A stretch of 64,000 nucleotides of DNA, taken from the IMG/VR virus record IMGVR_UViG_3300045256_000050, positions 180,987 to 244,986 of that record; one strand, written 5' to 3'. Of the stretch, positions 9,192-18,675 are shown one piece after another (position 1 is the stretch's first letter; each line of letters opens with the position of its first letter). A program made the position numbers and the translations under genes. A model generated the notes under the pieces. The model had not been told where the DNA came from. It was given only the letters and a program-made list of their open reading frames with translations, and did no database searches.

Positions 9192-9761
9192 TTACTTCAG
9201 AACGACGAAACCGTCATCGCTCGGCGACTCGTTGAGCAACACAGGTTCTTGGGGCTGGTTGCCAGTCTCGTTAAGCTTGACCTTGCCGGTAGCCTTGTCA
9301 ACGACGTGTTCGGTCTTGCCCTTCGTCGTGACTCGTTCCGGTTGATCCAGCAACAACTTCTGCTCGGACATGGTATTCTCCTTTTGGGACTTGGGTTTCT
9401 TCTTCGGCTGCGGGGCCACGGCCTCGCTCAACACTTCTTCTTCCTTAACTTCGCATACCGCCGTGCAACACGGTTGTGGGGCGGCTTCCACGACCGGCTC
9501 GGGCTTGGCCTGACCGTCGTCGATCACCTTGACGAGAATCAGGTCGCCGGACCGGACCATTTGGATGTAGTAATCGTCGCCCTGGAACTCTTTCTCCGGG
9601 CCGACCACCCGGACGCCGCTCGCCGTCGGGCGGGGCAGGGTGAGAGTGGCGTTCTTCGACTTGTTCTTGAAGAGGAAAACACCCTTACCGGACAAGGCGT
9701 TTTTCACCTTCGTCTGGTTGATTTCCTTCTTCTGGAACTTGTTGAACTTGGCGTATTTCAT
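9192..9761 (-). CDS. Hypothetical protein
   Basis: 189-aa ORF with SD; palindromic TATATA upstream at 9815. Confidence 0.7.
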   Translation of the reverse strand: MKYAKFNKFQKKEINQTKVKNALSGKGVFLFKNKSKNATLTLPRPTASGVRVVGPEKEFQGDDYYIQMVRSGDLILVKVIDDGQAKPEPVVEAAPQPCCTAVCEVKEEEVLSEAVAPQPKKKPKSQKENTMSEQKLLLDQPERVTTKGKTEHVVDKATGKVKLNETGNQPQEPVLLNESPSDDGFVVLK

Positions 9762-9849
9762 GGGACTCCTGTTACCTAGTTACGTCTTGCAAAATGACGT
9801 GGCTTTCGCTACCATATATAAGCAACCGCCTAATAATCTTGGAGCAGTC

Positions 9850-10236
9850 ATGAAAAAGTTGAAGAAGTGGTCTGAGGTTTACCCCCAGGGCACAAAGGAG
9901 GGGAACGAGGAGCAGAAGTTTTTCATCGCCCTCGCCCGTAACCCGAAGTTCGAATGGCGTTCTACCGGAATGATCGCCAAAGAGTCTGGCCTGACCCGTG
10001 AGCGGGTCGAAGAGATCATCCAGAAGTACGTTCAAATGGGACTCGTCATTCCTTCACCGAGTAAAGAGGAACATTGGGCCTATTGGGAGCGTGTTCCGAA
10101 CATGGTTAAGGACGACAGCAAGTCCCTCACCCAGAAGGATCAGAAGAAGCGGATCGAAAAGCAGATTCAGGGTTCGCCCGACATGTGGGAAGACGACGAC
10201 AAGGACGACACGGACCTTCTCGACGACGTGCAGTAA
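9850..10236 (+). CDS. Winged-helix/HTH-like protein with acidic tail
   Basis: WRSTGMIAKESGLTRERVEEIIQKYVQMGLV resembles a wHTH; GGAG SD. Confidence 0.55.
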   Translation: MKKLKKWSEVYPQGTKEGNEEQKFFIALARNPKFEWRSTGMIAKESGLTRERVEEIIQKYVQMGLVIPSPSKEEHWAYWERVPNMVKDDSKSLTQKDQKKRIEKQIQGSPDMWEDDDKDDTDLLDDVQ

Positions 10237-10241
10237 AGCAA

Positions 10242-10271
10242 AAAACCCTGGGGTGCGCACCCCAGGGTTTT
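10242..10271. terminator. Bidirectional terminator
   Basis: Perfect palindrome AAAACCCTGGGGTGCGCACCCCAGGGTTTT between convergent genes. Confidence 0.85.
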
Positions 10272-10293
10272 CGTATGAATGTGAAGTATGATA

Positions 10294-10521
10294 TTACTTC
10301 AACGGCGAATCGCCGGTCTTGTCCTTGACGGTCTTGACGCCCTTAGCGTTCTTCAAGTCAAGGTAGGCCGAAGCCGAAGTCGGTGCAAAGTATGCGTCCG
10401 GGTACTGGCTGCGAACGTAGCCGTCCGGGTACTGACCACGGATACCAGAGCGGTGCGTGTTTTCCACGGTCGCAGGCAAGGTCAGGTTGTTGGCATCGCA
10501 CCATTGGTGGAAATCTAGCAT
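10294..10521 (-). CDS. Small putative internal virion protein (CTS-like N-terminus)
   Basis: Starts MLDFHQWCDAN; GAGGGAG SD; TATATA upstream at 10557. Confidence 0.6.
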   Translation of the reverse strand: MLDFHQWCDANNLTLPATVENTHRSGIRGQYPDGYVRSQYPDAYFAPTSASAYLDLKNAKGVKTVKDKTGDSPLK

Positions 10522-10587
10522 GCTACTCCCTCATTGGTTTGTGTAAGCTTACCTTTTATATACGGCTCTCAGGAATTTTTTTCGACC

Positions 10588-11532
10588 ATGACCAATAATC
10601 CATCCGTTGAAATCGAGGAAATCAACGAGGAGACTCCGATCACTACGGGCTGCGTGTTCTGCGAGAAAACCGTCTCGATTTTCAAGGAAGAATACGATCA
10701 GAACCGGGCGGTCGGTCACGGCAACTTCTACTGTGCCTTCTGCATCCGTAACGGGCACCACCACGCCGACGCCCTGAAACACAAGCTGATCCTGTCCTTC
10801 CGAGGCGTCATCGGGTTTTACTACTGGCAGTTGTACCAGAACCCGAACCGCACTATCTATCTCTCTGAGATCGAATCTTGCGTGAGAGATCATGCGAACG
10901 TTGGATTACAGCACCCGGCCTTCGCCTACGACCCGGAGACGCTGAACTGGTACATCGATTTCCGCCTCGTCGGCAACACCCGGCACAAGTTCCCGATCAA
11001 AACCGTCCACGACAACATCGACTTCATTATGGAATGCTTCCAGTTGCAAAAGCGTGTCCCGCACCTGCACGTCAAGACGTTCCACGAGAAGTTCACCCAG
11101 GCCATCGACCTGTACCACCAGCAGCGACAGCGGCCGAAGGGCAAGAAGGTTCTCTGCCCGACCTTCGTCAACTGCGGCTCCTTTCGAGCCGATATGGATT
11201 TCGAAAGCACAAAGACCCTTCCCACTTTTTTTTTTAGTACAGACGTAGCGGGCGAGAACGCCGTCAACCTCACCGCCGTCAACGCCCACGAAGAGGGCGT
11301 GAAAGAGAAAGAGGCGGGCCAGCCCCGGATCGTCATCAACGTCAAAGAGAAGGACGGCTGTTTCGAGGCTCTTGTGGAACTACCCGGCCTGAAGGCTACC
11401 AAGCTCGTCCGGTCGGACGGCAACACCGTGTACCCGAACAAGGCGTCCCTGACCAGCGGCATCCGTGCCCTGGAACGCAAGATGGGGATGAAGTTGGAAG
11501 TCAGCTACCCGAAGCGGGTAGCTGCGAAGTGA
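10588..11532 (+). CDS. Hypothetical protein with CxxC pairs; internal T10 tract
   Basis: CVFC and CAFC near the N-terminus; homopolymer at 11226-11235. Confidence 0.6.
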   Translation: MTNNPSVEIEEINEETPITTGCVFCEKTVSIFKEEYDQNRAVGHGNFYCAFCIRNGHHHADALKHKLILSFRGVIGFYYWQLYQNPNRTIYLSEIESCVRDHANVGLQHPAFAYDPETLNWYIDFRLVGNTRHKFPIKTVHDNIDFIMECFQLQKRVPHLHVKTFHEKFTQAIDLYHQQRQRPKGKKVLCPTFVNCGSFRADMDFESTKTLPTFFFSTDVAGENAVNLTAVNAHEEGVKEKEAGQPRIVINVKEKDGCFEALVELPGLKATKLVRSDGNTVYPNKASLTSGIRALERKMGMKLEVSYPKRVAAK

Positions 11533-12363
11533 TTACTTGTACGCCGTCATTTCCTTGATCGCCTGAGCCATCCGCAACCGTTCCCAGCCCTTACGGCTGC
11601 CGAGGATCGCCTTGCCTTCCGGCCCCATCGTCTTCTCGAACTCTTGGATCAGGTACTCAATCGCCCAATCCTCCATCATCAACATGTTCGCCTGACCGGA
11701 GAAGGTCATGTCCAGGTGACAGGCGGCTCCCGGAATCGGCACGATCAAACTCCGACTCTTCTCCCTCAACTCGGTGAAGATTTCGTGGTCGTGCGGGTGG
11801 TCGCCGCTCGTCCACTTCTTCCAGATGTCGATGTCCTCCAGCAGCGTCTTAACCTTCACCCCGAACGTCATGCAAGTGCTGATCGTGTACCGCCAGTGAC
11901 CCAGGGCCGTGCGTAACACCCTGGACGACTCGCCGCCGCCGTAAGCCTTCGTGTACTTGTCTGGGTGGTCGTAAAGCGTAACGTAGTCGGACATCTTCAA
12001 GCCTTCTTCGATCAGCTTGACCGCCCGGCCTTGATGCAGGTAGTCGTCTTCACTGAAGTAAACGATGTCGTCGTAGTCCAGGTTGTCCACAGCGAGTTCG
12101 ATGGCGTGGAAGGCCGACCCGGCGTTGCCGAGTTGCGTTTCCTCAATCGGAAGGCCCGTCTCGTTCACCATCTTGAACGTCTCACGGGTGCAGTTGTCGG
12201 CTATGATCGTGATGGGAGGGGTTTTGCCCTTCTCCATCACGTCCTCGGTGAAGATCAGGTCGGCGAAGCATGAGAGGAAGTTCTTTAAGCAGACTTCCTT
12301 CGTGGCCCCTGGCATCTTCGGCTTGACGTAGCTCTTATCGCTTATTCTGTAAAACAAGTGCAT
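11533..12363 (-). CDS. GT-A fold glycosyltransferase (GT2-like)
   Basis: ITIIADN, GNAGS, YFSEDDYLH (DxD-like), VTLYDHPD. Confidence 0.75.
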   Translation of the reverse strand: MHLFYRISDKSYVKPKMPGATKEVCLKNFLSCFADLIFTEDVMEKGKTPPITIIADNCTRETFKMVNETGLPIEETQLGNAGSAFHAIELAVDNLDYDDIVYFSEDDYLHQGRAVKLIEEGLKMSDYVTLYDHPDKYTKAYGGGESSRVLRTALGHWRYTISTCMTFGVKVKTLLEDIDIWKKWTSGDHPHDHEIFTELREKSRSLIVPIPGAACHLDMTFSGQANMLMMEDWAIEYLIQEFEKTMGPEGKAILGSRKGWERLRMAQAIKEMTAYK

Positions 12364-13849
12364 TGAGTTCTCCTGCGATTTCTTCGGCCACACTCTTCCA
12401 GTCGCCCGGAGATGGCTGGCGGAATAGACGAACATCCTTATACCATTCCGTCTTGCTTCCTTCAAGCTGCCATCTCCAGTCCGGGTTGTAAGGGATCATC
12501 ACCCAGGTCGGGATGCCCATCGCACCGGCCAAGTGGACCGGGGCCGTGTCACAGGAGATTAACAGATCGAGGCCGGACAGGATCGTCGCCGTGTCCTCGA
12601 AGTTCTTCATGAGCGGCGTCATGTCCACCATCTTCACGTTCTCGCCACCGGCCGAGAAGTCCACGACCTTCTTACCCTTTGCGTAGATTCGGGTCGGCGG
12701 GGCGATCTGCAAGCTGAACAGCTTGACGTTAGGCACGTTGTAGATCGACTCGAAGAACCCCAGCGGGATCGAACGGTTCACGTCGTTCGGGTGGGCCGGG
12801 CTGCCCGCCCAGCAGACGCCCACGTTGAACGTGCCCCGGTACTTCTCCGGCAACTCGAACTTCACCTTCGGCGTGATGTACAGGTCGTTCGGGATGTACT
12901 TCAATGCCAGCAGGTGCGGCAGGCTCATGAGGGAACACTGGTAGTCGTACTGAGGGAACTCGTCGCCGGTGTTGTTGATGATGTCACGGACGACCACGGC
13001 GTCCACGCCTTGCACCCGCCGCACCAGATCGGCCAGGATGTCGGCACAATGTACCACAACGGTTGCCCCGTACTCCTTCAGGTAACGGCAGTAGCGGACG
13101 AACTGGATCACGTCGCCGTGGCCCTGCTCGCCGTAAAGCAAGATGGTCTTGCCCTCCAGCCGGTCGCAGCCGTTCCACCGCTTCTTCTGGTCGTAGGCCC
13201 GGAGGTAGTGCTTCAGTTGCTTGTAGTAAAGGAATCGGTGTTCGTACTCCTCGAAGCCACGACGCCAGTCGCCCATCAGGTGATAGGTGAAGGCGAGATC
13301 GACGTGGGCCGGGACGAAGCCGGGGTCCAGCACGAGGGCTTGCCGGAAACACTTCTCGGTCTTCTCCAGGTCTTTCAGGTCGCCGTAGATGCCGCCCAGG
13401 TTGCTCCACAGTTCGGGCGACGGGCTGATCTCCAGAGCCTTCTTGCAGTATTCGATGGCCTTATCGTGCCGCTTCATGTGACGGAACTGGAGGGCGAGGT
13501 TGTTCAGGAACAAGAAGTTGTTCGGGCTGAGTTCCAGGGCTTTCTCCAGGTACTCCTGGGCCTTGTCGAACTCGTCCAGCCCGGCGTGCGACAGGGCTAG
13601 GTTGTTGTAGTTGTCGGCACTGTTCGGCTCGATTGCCAGTGCCTTCAGGGCGAACTCCTTCGCCTTGTCGTACTGCTCAAGCTGCTGCTGGCAGATGGAC
13701 ATCAGTTGCAGGGCACTGTGATGCTCAGGGAAACACTTCAGGGCTTGATTCAGAATGACTTCCGCTACGACCGGGTTCGTGACAAGGGTGTCCTTAGCCT
13801 TGTCCAGAGCCTTGTTCATGATTTCATCGACGTTGATTTCCAAACTCAT
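12335..13849 (-). CDS. TPR-repeat protein with C-terminal GT9 (heptosyltransferase-like) domain
   Basis: About 6 TPR units (YNNLA, LNNLA, WSNLG, HVDLA); EQGHGDVIQF and LDLLISCDTAPVHLAGAMG motifs; GGAGGT SD. Confidence 0.88.
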   Translation of the reverse strand: MSLEINVDEIMNKALDKAKDTLVTNPVVAEVILNQALKCFPEHHSALQLMSICQQQLEQYDKAKEFALKALAIEPNSADNYNNLALSHAGLDEFDKAQEYLEKALELSPNNFLFLNNLALQFRHMKRHDKAIEYCKKALEISPSPELWSNLGGIYGDLKDLEKTEKCFRQALVLDPGFVPAHVDLAFTYHLMGDWRRGFEEYEHRFLYYKQLKHYLRAYDQKKRWNGCDRLEGKTILLYGEQGHGDVIQFVRYCRYLKEYGATVVVHCADILADLVRRVQGVDAVVVRDIINNTGDEFPQYDYQCSLMSLPHLLALKYIPNDLYITPKVKFELPEKYRGTFNVGVCWAGSPAHPNDVNRSIPLGFFESIYNVPNVKLFSLQIAPPTRIYAKGKKVVDFSAGGENVKMVDMTPLMKNFEDTATILSGLDLLISCDTAPVHLAGAMGIPTWVMIPYNPDWRWQLEGSKTEWYKDVRLFRQPSPGDWKSVAEEIAGELNALVLQNKR

Positions 13850-13901
13850 GTTACCTCCACTAAATACAGTAGTGATTTCCACTATGAATCGGAGGTAACA
13901 T

Positions 13902-14144
13902 ATGGGTTGTGGTTGCAGTGGCGGTCGTCGGACCGGCCCGTCGAGAACGCCTGCTCTCCGTCCGGCGGCGGCAACGCCCCGTCCGGTGAACACTGGTCTT
14001 ACGTCAGCGGCCAGCCCGGCTGAGATTCGGGCGTTGGGCCTTCAGCAGAACACCGCTCCGAAGTCGGCCGTCCGCATGGACGCCGAGCGTCGTCGCATCG
14101 AGAAGTTGAAGCGGGACGCCATCCGGGCGAAGTTGCAAAAGTAA
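13902..14144 (+). CDS. Small basic protein with MGCGC N-terminus
   Basis: GGAGGT SD; TAAATA at 13861; first gene of a virion-type operon. Confidence 0.7.
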   Translation: MGCGCSGGRRTGPSRTPALRPAAATPRPVNTGLTSAASPAEIRALGLQQNTAPKSAVRMDAERRRIEKLKRDAIRAKLQK

Positions 14145-14151
14145 GGTGAAC

Positions 14152-14466
14152 ATGAGCGAAGGACAACAAAAAGGCTTCCGGCCCCGGCCGGACAGCGTAC
14201 CGAGATATTTCCCCCGTGGGCTGCGGACGAAAGAAGTACAACCCACGGCTTTGCAGAAGACCACCGTCCTCAAGGGGCACAGCACCGGCGTGGTCGCATC
14301 CGCACGGCAGGAAGGTCACGTCGCCCCGAACGGCAACACCTACGCCGAGAGGATGCAGCAACGTCTCCAGGTGTGGAATAACAAGCACAGCAATGCAGAC
14401 AAGGTGAGACGGCGGGCGTTACCGCCGAGAAAGTTGAGCAACACCAACCGCTACTACATGCCTTAA
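14152..14466 (+). CDS. Hypothetical basic protein
   Basis: ORF in operon with AAGGTG SD. Confidence 0.55.
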   Translation: MSEGQQKGFRPRPDSVPRYFPRGLRTKEVQPTALQKTTVLKGHSTGVVASARQEGHVAPNGNTYAERMQQRLQVWNNKHSNADKVRRRALPPRKLSNTNRYYMP

Positions 14467-14476
14467 GTGAGGAGAC

Positions 14477-15565
14477 ATGGCCCTACTATTCATCGAAGGC
14501 TTCGACACAATGAATTCCCCGTCTACCGACCCGGCTAACCACACCGGGTTGAAGTGGGACTTCACGCAGATCAACGTCAGCACCAGCAACCGATTCACAG
14601 GTAGCGGCAATTGCATCGCCGACGGCTCTCGTGGCAACTTCGTCGCACGCAACATCGGCCAGAACCTCTCCGCAGGCGTGATTGGCTTTGCTTACAATCC
14701 GGGCATGTCCCTGAGCAACCTGTACAAAGCCAACATGGTCGTGTTCATGGACGGCGACCTGACTTCGACCGTACAGTTCGGCCTGTACATTGACAACAAC
14801 CGTAAGTTGAACTTGTTCCGGGGCGACCACAGCAACACGCTGGGTACGACCACTTATGTCTTGACTCAGAACCAGTGGCACTTCATCGAGTTGAAGTTTG
14901 CGATCAACAACAGCATCTCGACGGGAGACGTGATTCTTTACGTCAACGGGTCGAACGTCCTCCAGTTGGCGAACGGCACCAACACCCGTGCTACCGCCAA
15001 CAACTACGTCACCGGCTATCGCTTCAACGGTGCGGTGCCCGCTTTCGGCAGTGCAGGTGATTCGGTTTGGGCTATCGACGACCACTACCTCTTAGACTTG
15101 ACCGGATCGACAAACAACGCTCCGCTCGGCAACTGTCGTGTGATTACCCTTCGGCCGAACGGGAACGGGAACAGCAGTCAATGGGTCGGCAGTGACGGCA
15201 ACTCGGTTAACAACTACCAACAGGTAGACGACCCGACCGGCCCCTTCGACTTCGATTCGACTTATAATGAGTCGGGCAATGTGGGCGATAAGGACACCTA
15301 TTCGTTCGACGACCTGCCCGCCACAACCAACACAGTGTTCGGGGTTCAGTCCAACATCTTTGCTAAGAAGACCGATACAGGAACGAGGACGATCAATCAC
15401 GTCACCCGCATCGGCGGTACGGACTACGACGCCACGGCGACGGGAGATTTAACTTCGGGTTACTTGGACTACCGCACGGTCATGGACGTGAAACCTTCCG
15501 ACGGTACAGCGTGGACTGTATCTGATATCAACAATGCTGAGTTCGGAGTTAAGGTAAATAGCTAA
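14477..15565 (+). CDS. Virion protein with ConA/LamG-like beta-sandwich
   Basis: MALLFIEGFD start, QWHFIELKF, LYVNG, IDDHYLLD; N/T/G-rich composition typical of phage tail lectins. Confidence 0.7.
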   Translation: MALLFIEGFDTMNSPSTDPANHTGLKWDFTQINVSTSNRFTGSGNCIADGSRGNFVARNIGQNLSAGVIGFAYNPGMSLSNLYKANMVVFMDGDLTSTVQFGLYIDNNRKLNLFRGDHSNTLGTTTYVLTQNQWHFIELKFAINNSISTGDVILYVNGSNVLQLANGTNTRATANNYVTGYRFNGAVPAFGSAGDSVWAIDDHYLLDLTGSTNNAPLGNCRVITLRPNGNGNSSQWVGSDGNSVNNYQQVDDPTGPFDFDSTYNESGNVGDKDTYSFDDLPATTNTVFGVQSNIFAKKTDTGTRTINHVTRIGGTDYDATATGDLTSGYLDYRTVMDVKPSDGTAWTVSDINNAEFGVKVNS

Positions 15566-15567
15566 AC

Positions 15568-17340
15568 ATGACCGCCAGGATAACAGAAACTACGGTCGAA
15601 GTCCTGGCGGCTGGTGACGCTAAGGCCAGGACGACAGACGTTGCGGTCGAGATTTTGGCCGCTGGCGATGCGAAGGCACGCACCACCGAAATCACGGTGG
15701 AGGCTCTTACTGCTGGCGATGCGAAGGCACGCACCACCGAACTCTCTGTAGAAGTTCTCCTCATTTCGGAAACCCGTGCCCGTGTTACCGAGGCTACGGT
15801 CGAAGTTCTAGCCGTTACGATTAACGAATACAGCGACACTGGCTCGGGCGGTGCCGCTGTTGGCGGCGTGGCACTCCTGCCGACCCGTTGGTTCAACACG
15901 GCGTCCGGTGGTGCTGTCGTAGCCGGTGCCGCCAACGCAGAGTTCATTCTGACTGCATCTGGCGGCGTGGTCGCAAGTAGTTCGGCAACGAACACTGTTA
16001 TCCTCACGAGAACCGCTTCCGGCGGTGTCGTTGGCGGGGCTACCACTACTGTTCGACTCATCCGCCCGACGATCATTGCTTCGGGTGGTGTGGTTGGTGC
16101 GGGCGTTGCTTTCGTTAGAACCTACATCCCAGGCCGGGGCGGTGCGGTTGGCGGGGGTACGGCTCTTGTTCAATCCGCAGTTGCTTACATTAGTGCATTC
16201 GGCGGTGCCCGTCCGGGCGGGCGTGCCCTGAATGCTCAAGTCTACGGCCCCTACCGTCCCACCGGCGGTGCCCGGTTGGGTGGTACGGGCGTGCCACTTA
16301 TCTTCATCTTGGCACAGGGCGGGGCTGTCGGTGCCGGTGTTGCAAGAGTTGGCTGGTACGTCAAGCTCCGAGGCAGTGGCGGCATAGTCGCTGCCGGTTC
16401 GGCCGACAACAACATCTACGACTCTGCCCGTGGTGGAGCAGTCCTCGGCGGCACAGGTCGGGTCGCCTACCGTGCCAACGTTCAATTCGCTGCCGACGGG
16501 ATCAAAGGCGGCGGTACAGCCCGTGTTTACAAATGGGGCGATGATATCGGTCAAGGCGGTGCCCGCCCCGGTGGTTCGGCACGGGTCACTCACTTCCTTT
16601 ACCGAGTCGGCAGCGGCGGTGCCCGACCGGGTGGGGCCGCACGCTTGCTGTCTCGGACCTTCGATGTCGGGACTGGCGGTGCCGTGTGTGCGGGTCAGGC
16701 ACGAGTGGGTAAACTTTACGTCAACGTTGCCACCGGCGGTGGCGTGTGTGGCGGTATTGCGATCCAGGCTCTTACATCCGACAACGGCGTCATCAGCGGC
16801 TCGGGCGGTGTGCGTGGCGGTGGGATTAGTCGAAATACTGAGTACATGTACCGGACCGCCTCTGGCGGGGCGGTCAGCGGCAGCACGGCCACGATCCGAA
16901 AGATTACGAGACTCACGGCGACTGGCGGCGTAGTCGTTAGCGGTTTCAGTCTGTCTGAAGTAAGAATCTACGGTAAGGGCGGGGCGGTCCTGGGCGGGTC
17001 GAACGTCAACAACCACTTCATGTATGTAACGGCGAGCGGCGGGGCTGGTGTTCTGAGCGGTCAGAACATTAACACCGACATCGACTTCACCCCGAAGGCA
17101 TGCCGTCCGCCTCAGAACGAGGCTGGCATGTGTTGCAAGAAGGACAAGCGTGTATCGACACGGGTGTCGAAGCTGGAAGTGACGAATGGTCTGGCAGACG
17201 GCGTGGTGGCAGCTTCCGTCAACTGCGTCCTGCGTCGGCGGTTCAAGCTCGCCAACTCGATCTACAGTAACTCGGATAAGTTCCAGAAACGGAAGCGGCC
17301 TCCGCAGCGGTTGAGAAATACAATGACTTATTCGTCTTAA
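15568..17340 (+). CDS. Gly-rich repeat virion/fibre protein
   Basis: Five 17-aa ARxTExxVEVL repeats, then about 21 (S/T)GGAVxGG units of 18-23 aa, then a Cys-containing C-terminal domain. Confidence 0.8.
   Translation: MTARITETTVEVLAAGDAKARTTDVAVEILAAGDAKARTTEITVEALTAGDAKARTTELSVEVLLISETRARVTEATVEVLAVTINEYSDTGSGGAAVGGVALLPTRWFNTASGGAVVAGAANAEFILTASGGVVASSSATNTVILTRTASGGVVGGATTTVRLIRPTIIASGGVVGAGVAFVRTYIPGRGGAVGGGTALVQSAVAYISAFGGARPGGRALNAQVYGPYRPTGGARLGGTGVPLIFILAQGGAVGAGVARVGWYVKLRGSGGIVAAGSADNNIYDSARGGAVLGGTGRVAYRANVQFAADGIKGGGTARVYKWGDDIGQGGARPGGSARVTHFLYRVGSGGARPGGAARLLSRTFDVGTGGAVCAGQARVGKLYVNVATGGGVCGGIAIQALTSDNGVISGSGGVRGGGISRNTEYMYRTASGGAVSGSTATIRKITRLTATGGVVVSGFSLSEVRIYGKGGAVLGGSNVNNHFMYVTASGGAGVLSGQNINTDIDFTPKACRPPQNEAGMCCKKDKRVSTRVSKLEVTNGLADGVVAASVNCVLRRRFKLANSIYSNSDKFQKRKRPPQRLRNTMTYSS
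15661..15741 (+). repeat. Intragenic direct repeat, 30 nt x2, 51-nt period
   Basis: GCTGGCGATGCGAAGGCACGCACCACCGAA at 15661 and 15712. Confidence 0.9.
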
Positions 17341-18170
17341 TCCTTGCCCATGTCAACTTGGGGTTGGATGTTCGGCCTGTTGAACAGCGACGGGTCGATG
17401 GGCACATTCGTCTTTGGGTTCTTCAAGTCCATCAACATACTCAGGTTCTCTTCGGCCCAAACGTAGAGAATCTGTTTCGGCAGCCCGTCCTTGTATTCAG
17501 TAACTTCACCCGAGGCGATCACACTCCCGGCCTCGTTGCAGATGGTGAACCCGTCGATGAGCTTCGTCTTCTTGTTGATGAAGGTCATCCGTGAGATCGG
17601 CTGGCCGATGGAGTTCTTCCCCGGCTCGACCCAGATGTAGCTCTTGTTAGTCTCGACGATCTTTCCCGTGTCCACGTTGAGGTTGCTCATCCCGAGCGAG
17701 TCCATCAACAGGAACGGGCTGAACGGGGTTCGCATCCGGCTCTTGGCAAAATCTTCGTGCTTGGCGAAGTACAGTGAGGACGGGTTCATCCTTTTCGACC
17801 AGAACCAGAACTCCTTGTCGTTCGAGCCAACGTCTACCTCCTGGCCGACGATGCTCGTCACGGTGTACCGGAACTTCCGATCCTTCTCGTAGTACAAGCG
17901 GCCATTCAGACGCAGCTTGATCCCTTTCTGAAGGAAACGGATACTCACGTCTTCGCAAACAAAGGATTTGATCTGAGCGTTTCGCTCGTTAACTTCAGCA
18001 ATGACTGGTGGCGGGGCGGGCAGCGTGATCGCCGTCCGCATGTCTTCTTCGACGGCCTCGGTGGTCAGGTTGGAGTCCGGCAGGTCGCCGAACTTAGTGA
18101 AATACAAGAACCCGCCGATGAGGGGTGTCAGGATCAAGGCGAGCATTAAGAATCGCTTCGTCCATTTCAT
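17337..18170 (-). CDS. Membrane-anchored exported protein, LolA-like beta fold
   Basis: N-terminal TM helix (FLMLALILTPLIGGFLYF), beta-rich body with VGSNDKEFWFW. Confidence 0.6.
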   Translation of the reverse strand: MKWTKRFLMLALILTPLIGGFLYFTKFGDLPDSNLTTEAVEEDMRTAITLPAPPPVIAEVNERNAQIKSFVCEDVSIRFLQKGIKLRLNGRLYYEKDRKFRYTVTSIVGQEVDVGSNDKEFWFWSKRMNPSSLYFAKHEDFAKSRMRTPFSPFLLMDSLGMSNLNVDTGKIVETNKSYIWVEPGKNSIGQPISRMTFINKKTKLIDGFTICNEAGSVIASGEVTEYKDGLPKQILYVWAEENLSMLMDLKNPKTNVPIDPSLFNRPNIQPQVDMGKD

Positions 18171-18255
18171 AGTGCCTCCTTCGGGACGTAAAAAATCCCC
18201 ACGGCATAGAGAGGAGTATACCGTGGGGATTCCGAAACTACAAGCCAGTAACGAC

Positions 18256-18675
18256 TTAGTTTTCGCTGTTCAGCGTGAACTTCGGCGTCAGGTTAAGAAC
18301 GTCACCGTTAGCCAGAACACGGCTCACGGAGAAGAGTTCGGCCCACAGAGCCACACCCGACGTAGCACCGATGATCCAGTAACCGAAAATGGTCTGGCCG
18401 GTGCCCGTACACGTCCACGACTGCGGTGCGGTGCCGTAAGACGATTCGGCCTTGTTGGATACCGTAACAGCGGTGTTCCAGTTGGCACGAGAGAGGGTCT
18501 TGGCAGCGTAACCCGTGAACGTCGCTTCGACGAACGAGTTGGCACCGGAGTTCTGGTCCGGGGTGTAGTTGTTGGTGTACAACTTAAGGATGTAGTTTTC
18601 ATCGACGGACAGGGCGTCGGACAACATCTTGTCCAGAAGCTCAAGTTCGCCGAGGTTCGGTACGACTAATGGCAT
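18256..18675 (-). CDS. Phage virion/minor tail-like protein
   Basis: LKLYTNNYTP...EATFTGYAAKTL...IFGYWI...VLANGDVLNLTP pattern of small tail beta proteins. Confidence 0.65.
   Translation of the reverse strand: MPLVVPNLGELELLDKMLSDALSVDENYILKLYTNNYTPDQNSGANSFVEATFTGYAAKTLSRANWNTAVTVSNKAESSYGTAPQSWTCTGTGQTIFGYWIIGATSGVALWAELFSVSRVLANGDVLNLTPKFTLNSEN

Noticed and set aside
15661-15741. Direct repeats as a CRISPR array
   Set aside because: Only two copies, a period divisible by 3, inside a CDS encoding protein repeats.
15549-17016. Minus-strand ORFs opposite the Gly-repeat gene (also 55274-57184)
   Set aside because: They are antisense mirrors of GGC/GGT-rich repeats with no independent signals.
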